This document shows positions 58,901 through 64,000 of a stretch of 64,000 bases of DNA, piece after piece; the stretch's first letter is position 1; each line of letters starts with the position of its first letter. Origin of the DNA: an uncultured delta proteobacterium (GTDB lineage Bacteria > Myxococcota_A > Polyangia > Fen-1088). The notes below the pieces were generated by a model. That model was not told the DNA's origin, ran no database searches, and saw only the letters and a program-made list of their open reading frames with translations. A program made the translations under genes and the position numbers. The stretch covers positions 896,001 through 960,000 of the forward strand of contig CAVYGB010000010.1 of NCBI GenBank assembly GCA_963767925.1. Reading direction: 5' to 3'.

Positions 58901-60958
58901 ATGTCGGGTGTGCGTACGCGTTGGTGGCTTCTCAGCGGGTTGATCGCCGCCCTGCCCATGTCCGCGCGGGGGGACGAGGGTCTGTGGACGTTCGAGCAGG
59001 CCACCCGGACCGAGATCGCCCAGCGCCTCGGAATGGTGGGCGGGCAAACCTCCCACCAGCGCGTGCGCGGCAACGTCGTCAGATTCGCCTCCGGCCCCTC
59101 GGGGGCGCTGGTCTCCCCGCAGGGCCTCGTGGTCACCGTCCGCCGCGCGGCCGTACCCTGCCTGCAGGCCTGGAGCCGATCGGGCACCGATTATCTCCAG
59201 GACGGGTTCAGCACCGGTGACGGCCAGGACCTCGGCTGCCCGGGTCTGTCGCTCGAACGGGTGGTGGACAGCGAGGACGTCACCGCCCGGCTCCGCGCCG
59301 GGCTCGCCCCTGGCGCCGAGATCCCGCGCGACCGGATCGCGTCCTTCGAGCAGGAATGTCGGGCGCGCGGCGGTCTGGAATGTCGGGTGTCGGCCCTGTT
59401 CGGCGGGGCGGTGATGCGGCTCGAACGCCATCGGCGCCACGACGACGTCCGGCTGGTGTTTGCCCCCGAGTTCCGGGCGGCGGCGTTCGGGACGCCGACC
59501 GCACGCATGGGCTTTCCCCGGTACGCCCTGGACGTGGCGTTTTTCCGGATCTACGAGGGCGGCAGGCCGCTGCAGTCGGGCCCAGCGATCCCCTGGAACG
59601 CCGCTGGCCCGGCGGCCCGAGATCGCGTGACCATCGCCGGGTTTCCGGGTGAGACCGAGCGGCACCTGCCCTGGGCGTTCCTCGAGCTGCTCGGCTCGCC
59701 GGTCTACCGCCTGCAAGCGCAATCGGCCCGGGCGCAGGCCCAGACGCTCCTGGCCTCCTCGCGCAAGCAGCCCGAGTCACCCATCGAGGAGGACGCTCGG
59801 GCCCGGCTCGAGCATCTGGGCGCCCTGTTCGGTGGGAGCCTGGCGCTTCTGCAGAACGAACCCATCCGGCGCCGGCTGCGCGCAGAAGAGGCACGCTGGC
59901 GCGGCCTGATCGAGAAGGTCGATCCCGAAGGTGCCCGGACCGCCCAGGCCGCCGTGACGGCGGCCCGCGCCGCCTACGCCGGGTTCTACCAGCGGCACAT
60001 CCTCATCGAGGGCGATCGCCTGCCGCCCTTCGGACGCCTGTTCGACCTCGGCCGCAAGCTGGTCCGCTGGACGCAGGAGAGGTCCCGCCCGGAAGGTGAG
60101 CGACTATCCGAGTACCGGGGCGCGAACCTCGGCGCGCTGGAGCGCGAGCTGTCGTCGAGCGTCCCGCTGGCGCCGGTGGGGGAACGCCTGCTGATCGAGT
60201 CCGGACTGGTCCAGCTCGGCGCCAGACTGGGGGGCAAGGATCCGCTGGTGGCGGCGCTCGGCGAGGAAGGGCCCGCCGCCCGCGCCGAGCGGATCCTCAC
60301 CGGGACCCGCCTGATGGAGCCCGCGGCGCGAAAGAAGATTCTCGAGTCCGGCACGCTGGGCGACGCCGCCGAGGATCCCCTGCTGGTGTTCGTCAGGGCG
60401 GTGGAAACCGAAGCCCGGCCCCTGCGCGCGCGTTACGACCGGGAGGTGGAAGGCAACCTCATGGTGTACGCCGGCCACGTCGGCCGCCAGCGGAGCGCCG
60501 CCACGAACGGCGTTCCCGAGTACTCCGATGCGGGACGCGACTTTCGCTTCTCCTCCGGGACCGTGGTCGGTTACCAGGACTCCGGCCGGATCGTCCCTTC
60601 CCAGACCACCTTCGCGGGCATGGTGGCTCGCGCGGCCTGGGCGCGGCCCGGGTCGCCCTGGGCCCTGCCGCCGCGCTGGCGCGACCGGAAGCGCCGGGTG
60701 GCGCTCACCACCCCGATCAACTTCCTGACCGACGCCGACGTGGGCAGCGGCGCCCCCGGGGCGGTGGTTCTCGATCGGCTGGGTCAGGCGGTCGGCGTGA
60801 TAATCGACGTGACCCGCAAGTCGGCCGTCAACCGGCTCCTCTACCGGGACCGGAACGACCGGGCCATCGCCGTCCACGCCGCCGGAATCGTCGAAGCGCT
60901 CCGGCAGGTCTACGACGCGGGCAAGCTGGCCGACGAGCTGGCGGGCGGTGGCGCCTGA
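58901..60958 (+). CDS. S46 (dipeptidyl-peptidase 7 / DAP BII) family homologue, probably catalytically inactive
   Basis: 'DEGLW', 'VS.QGLV.T', 'DVRLVFAPE', 'FPRY.LD..F.RIY', 'G.PG.T.R', 'P.NFL..D'. Catalytic His and Ser motifs are altered. Confidence 0.82.
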   Translation: MSGVRTRWWLLSGLIAALPMSARGDEGLWTFEQATRTEIAQRLGMVGGQTSHQRVRGNVVRFASGPSGALVSPQGLVVTVRRAAVPCLQAWSRSGTDYLQDGFSTGDGQDLGCPGLSLERVVDSEDVTARLRAGLAPGAEIPRDRIASFEQECRARGGLECRVSALFGGAVMRLERHRRHDDVRLVFAPEFRAAAFGTPTARMGFPRYALDVAFFRIYEGGRPLQSGPAIPWNAAGPAARDRVTIAGFPGETERHLPWAFLELLGSPVYRLQAQSARAQAQTLLASSRKQPESPIEEDARARLEHLGALFGGSLALLQNEPIRRRLRAEEARWRGLIEKVDPEGARTAQAAVTAARAAYAGFYQRHILIEGDRLPPFGRLFDLGRKLVRWTQERSRPEGERLSEYRGANLGALERELSSSVPLAPVGERLLIESGLVQLGARLGGKDPLVAALGEEGPAARAERILTGTRLMEPAARKKILESGTLGDAAEDPLLVFVRAVETEARPLRARYDREVEGNLMVYAGHVGRQRSAATNGVPEYSDAGRDFRFSSGTVVGYQDSGRIVPSQTTFAGMVARAAWARPGSPWALPPRWRDRKRRVALTTPINFLTDADVGSGAPGAVVLDRLGQAVGVIIDVTRKSAVNRLLYRDRNDRAIAVHAAGIVEALRQVYDAGKLADELAGGGA

Positions 60959-60992
60959 CCGCCTGCGCCGCCCGGCAAGCTCGCCCATCGTC

Positions 60993-62420
60993 ATGGATTC
61001 TACCTCTCACGACCTCCTGGTCATCGGCAGCGGACCGGCCGGCAGCAGCGCCGCGGTGACGGCCGCCTCCTTCGGCAAACGTGTGGCCCTCGTCGAACGC
61101 GAAAAGGCGGTCGGTGGGGCTGGCATCAACACCGGCACCATCCCCAGCAAGGCCCTCCGGGAGAGCGCCCTGCTGCTCTCGGGCTGGCGATCGCGCCGCC
61201 TGCTCGGCGTCGAGGTGAGTCTGCGGCAACAGGCGACGATCGCCGAGCTCACCTACCACTCGGCGCAGGTGCGACGAGATCTGCGGGCCGTCACCGAGGA
61301 GCGCCTCGCGGGCGGCCGGACCGAAACCGTGACCGGCGAGGCTTCTTTCGTCGACCCACACACCTTGCGGGTCGCGACACCCGACGGTTCCAGCCGTTCC
61401 CTGCGGGGTGAGCGGATCTTGATCGCCGTCGGATCATCGCCGGTGCGGCCGGCGCAGTTCCCCTTCGACCATCCCCACGTCCACGACTCCGATCAGATCC
61501 TCGAGATCACGAACTTGCCCCGCTGCCTGGCCGTCGTCGGCGCCGGAGTGATAGGCGCGGAATACGCCTGCACGTTCGCGGCCCTCGGGGTGGAAGTGCA
61601 CCTGATCGATGGGCGCAGCACGCTCCTGCCCTTCCTCGACTCCGAGATCTCGGCCGCCATCGCCGCCGGCATGGAGCGGGCAGGAATCCAGCTTCACTGG
61701 GAGCGCCGGGTCACCGCCTGCACGATCGACCCGGAGGAGGCCGTCTCGCTCACCCTCTCCGGGGGCGAAAAGCTGCGGTGCTCGGACGTTCTCGTCGCCG
61801 CGGGACGGAGCCGCAACAGCGGCGCGCTCGACCTGGCGGCCGCCGGTGTGGTCACGGCAAAGCGCGGTTTGATCCCCGTCAATCTCCATCATCAGACCTC
61901 GGTTCCGCACATCTACGCCGCCGGAGACGTCGTCGGAGCCCCTGCCCTGGCGGCGACGGCCATGGAACAGGGGCGCGCGGCCGTCTACCATGCCTTCGGT
62001 ATGGCGGGGAAGACCAGCGCCGACCTGCTACCGACCGGCATCTACACCATCCCCGAGGCGAGCATGTGCGGACTGACCGAAGCTCAGGCGAAGAGCTCGG
62101 GCGCCGCCTACCTCGTGGGGCGCGCGCGCTACCACGACAATGCGCGGGGGAACCTGATCGGAGATCGCGACGGCCTGCTGAAGCTGATCTTCCGGCGCGA
62201 GGACATGCGCCTCCTGGGAGTCCACGTCGTCGGAGAGCAGGCCACCGAGGTGGTGCACGTCGGCATGATGGCGCTGCTCGCCGAGGCGGGGGCCAGCCTC
62301 TTCGATCGCGCCTGCTTCAACTATCCAACCCTCGGCAACCTCTACAAGCTGGCGACCTACGACGCCCTCCTGCAACGACTCGACCTCGGCACGGGCGCGA
62401 TGCCCCCTCCCAGCCACTGA
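60993..62420 (+). CDS. sthA: Soluble pyridine nucleotide transhydrogenase
   Basis: 'IGSGPAG', 'NTGTIPSKALRE', 'DSDQIL', 'GAGVIGAEYA', 'PTGIYTIPE', 'FNYPTL..LYK.A'. Confidence 0.88.
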   Translation: MDSTSHDLLVIGSGPAGSSAAVTAASFGKRVALVEREKAVGGAGINTGTIPSKALRESALLLSGWRSRRLLGVEVSLRQQATIAELTYHSAQVRRDLRAVTEERLAGGRTETVTGEASFVDPHTLRVATPDGSSRSLRGERILIAVGSSPVRPAQFPFDHPHVHDSDQILEITNLPRCLAVVGAGVIGAEYACTFAALGVEVHLIDGRSTLLPFLDSEISAAIAAGMERAGIQLHWERRVTACTIDPEEAVSLTLSGGEKLRCSDVLVAAGRSRNSGALDLAAAGVVTAKRGLIPVNLHHQTSVPHIYAAGDVVGAPALAATAMEQGRAAVYHAFGMAGKTSADLLPTGIYTIPEASMCGLTEAQAKSSGAAYLVGRARYHDNARGNLIGDRDGLLKLIFRREDMRLLGVHVVGEQATEVVHVGMMALLAEAGASLFDRACFNYPTLGNLYKLATYDALLQRLDLGTGAMPPPSH

Positions 62421-62487
62421 CACGCGACCACCCCGGACCGGAGACGCCGCCCACGAGAATCGACCGGGACGGAACGCCATGGTGGCT

Positions 62488-63999
62488 CTAGCGGGTCTCG
62501 TCTCGGTTGCCGAAACCCGCGTGACCATCCCAGATTCTCCTCATGTCGCCGTCGGGATCACCGTCCACCCGGCACTGTCGGTCGAAGATCATGGTCTTGC
62601 GTCCACCCACCTCATAACGCGGCCACTCCGGTAGCAGCCGTGACGTCGGGACGCCCGTGCGAGCGAAGGACGTCCACGCCTCGCACATCGCGGTCGCGAG
62701 CGGCTGAGCCTGGGCGACGTCGCCCACCACGCCTTCCCCCTGCGCGAGGTTGTCGAATACGAAGGGCACGTCGAGGCCATGGATCGCACCGAGAACGCCC
62801 TCGAAGACGGGCGAGTCCCAGTTGAATTGATACATGTAGGTGCGCCCGCCAGGCTGGCCGGCGTGGAGCTCCGCCGCGCGGATCGAACGCATCCGGTAGA
62901 GCGCATCGGTCTGGATCTGCGCCTGGACCCTGTAGCCGGAAGCATCGGGCATCAGCCTTCTGTACCGGGCGAGCACCTCTTTCCTCTGCTCTCGCGTCGC
63001 ACCGACCATTCCCGCGATCATGTAGTTGAACAACCGGGTCATGATCGCTTTGGGCCCGGGCACCGCCACGGCTGGAACGAGACCATCGTCGCGGTTGCTC
63101 CCGATCAAGAGATCGACGCTTCCCGAGGCCCCCCGCGCCAGCGCGTCGAGCACATCGCGCGGCATGAAGGCGGTGCCGTAGGCTCCGGCAAAGGGCAGCT
63201 TCGTGGCACTCATGTTGCCGAAGGGCGAGCCCCGCCGAAACAGCATCCGCTGCATGAGTGTACCCACGATCTTCTTGTTGGGCAGATCGGCCATCGCCTG
63301 GACGTCGCCTACCCCAACCTCCAGCTCCTTCAGGACGGCGCGCGTGAAGGCCAGGTGGTCCTCGATCGGCATCATGTTGATGGGTCCGCTTTGCATGATC
63401 GCGCGACGGAACAGCCCCGCACTGCGGGGCGAGACAAGAAGAGCCGCAACACCCGTCCCTCCGGCCGACTGCCCGAAGATGGTCACGTTGCCGGGATCGC
63501 CACCGAAGGCCGCGATGTTGTCCCGAACCCATTCGAGAGCGGCTACCTGGTCCATGAACGCCCGGTTCCCCACGCCCACCTCCCCCGGGAACAGCCCGTC
63601 CGCCGCCAGCAAACCCATCGCCGCCAGGCGATAGTTCAAGGTCACGACCACCACGCCATGCCTGGCCAGTGACGCACCATCGGTGGCAGATGCGCTCGCG
63701 GCACCAACCGCCAGCCCTCCGCCGTGTATCCATACCATCACGGGGAGTGCGTGCTCCCGTCCCAGCGCGGTCGTCCAGACATTCAGGTTCAGGCAGTCGC
63801 TGCCCTGAGGCGCGGACAGCACCGACAACTTCATGTATTCGAAGGCTGCGGCGCCGAGCAGCAGGCGCGACATCCCGACCGGCGGTTGCTGCGGACAGAT
63901 CGCGCCGTACGAAGTGGCATCGAGGGTGCCCGACCAGGGAGCGCGCCTCTGGGGGGGGAGCCAGCGGTTGATGCCCTCGACGGGCGCCGCGTAAGGGAT
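62488..63999 (-). CDS. Type-B carboxylesterase (p-nitrobenzyl esterase-like), 5' end outside window
   Basis: 'IPYAAP' at the window edge, 'DCLNLNVWT', 'WIHGGG', 'FGQSAGG', 'HGLDVPFVF'. Confidence 0.93.
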   Translation of the reverse strand: MPYAAPVEGINRWLPPQRRAPWSGTLDATSYGAICPQQPPVGMSRLLLGAAAFEYMKLSVLSAPQGSDCLNLNVWTTALGREHALPVMVWIHGGGLAVGAASASATDGASLARHGVVVVTLNYRLAAMGLLAADGLFPGEVGVGNRAFMDQVAALEWVRDNIAAFGGDPGNVTIFGQSAGGTGVAALLVSPRSAGLFRRAIMQSGPINMMPIEDHLAFTRAVLKELEVGVGDVQAMADLPNKKIVGTLMQRMLFRRGSPFGNMSATKLPFAGAYGTAFMPRDVLDALARGASGSVDLLIGSNRDDGLVPAVAVPGPKAIMTRLFNYMIAGMVGATREQRKEVLARYRRLMPDASGYRVQAQIQTDALYRMRSIRAAELHAGQPGGRTYMYQFNWDSPVFEGVLGAIHGLDVPFVFDNLAQGEGVVGDVAQAQPLATAMCEAWTSFARTGVPTSRLLPEWPRYEVGGRKTMIFDRQCRVDGDPDGDMRRIWDGHAGFGNRDETR

Positions 64000-64000
64000 T

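Overview
High-GC bacterial DNA, most likely Myxococcota, judged from a MYXO-CTERM sorting tail, TIGR02266-like PilZ proteins, Cys-rich lipoproteins and many ECF sigma factors. The window holds about 49 protein genes and one SRP RNA (ffs). I saw no rRNA, tRNA, CRISPR array or intact transposase. The left ~38 kb has near-saturated G/C third codon positions. It carries secreted lipoproteins and glycan-active proteins, a degenerate PII gene converging on a frameshifted amtB, and a queE-ffs-yggX-PilZ block. It also carries the two best candidate systems: (i) an ECF sigma / glycogen-binding-domain anti-sigma / outer-membrane CBM48 protein / DUF4382 lipoprotein operon, and (ii) a B12-photoreceptor (CarH/LitR-type) gene divergent from an ECF sigma and the UV endonuclease uvsE, with a palindromic operator between them. 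Two broken ligase genes end at ~38.4 kb. Beyond that point codon usage relaxes and a stress-type block follows: tamA-tamB, usp, glgE-treS/mak-glgB-tetR, two receivers, DUF2254, an apparently inactive S46 peptidase, sthA and an esterase. Five single-base insertions in the left part look like long-read errors. All product calls come from motif recognition by eye; no database search was run.
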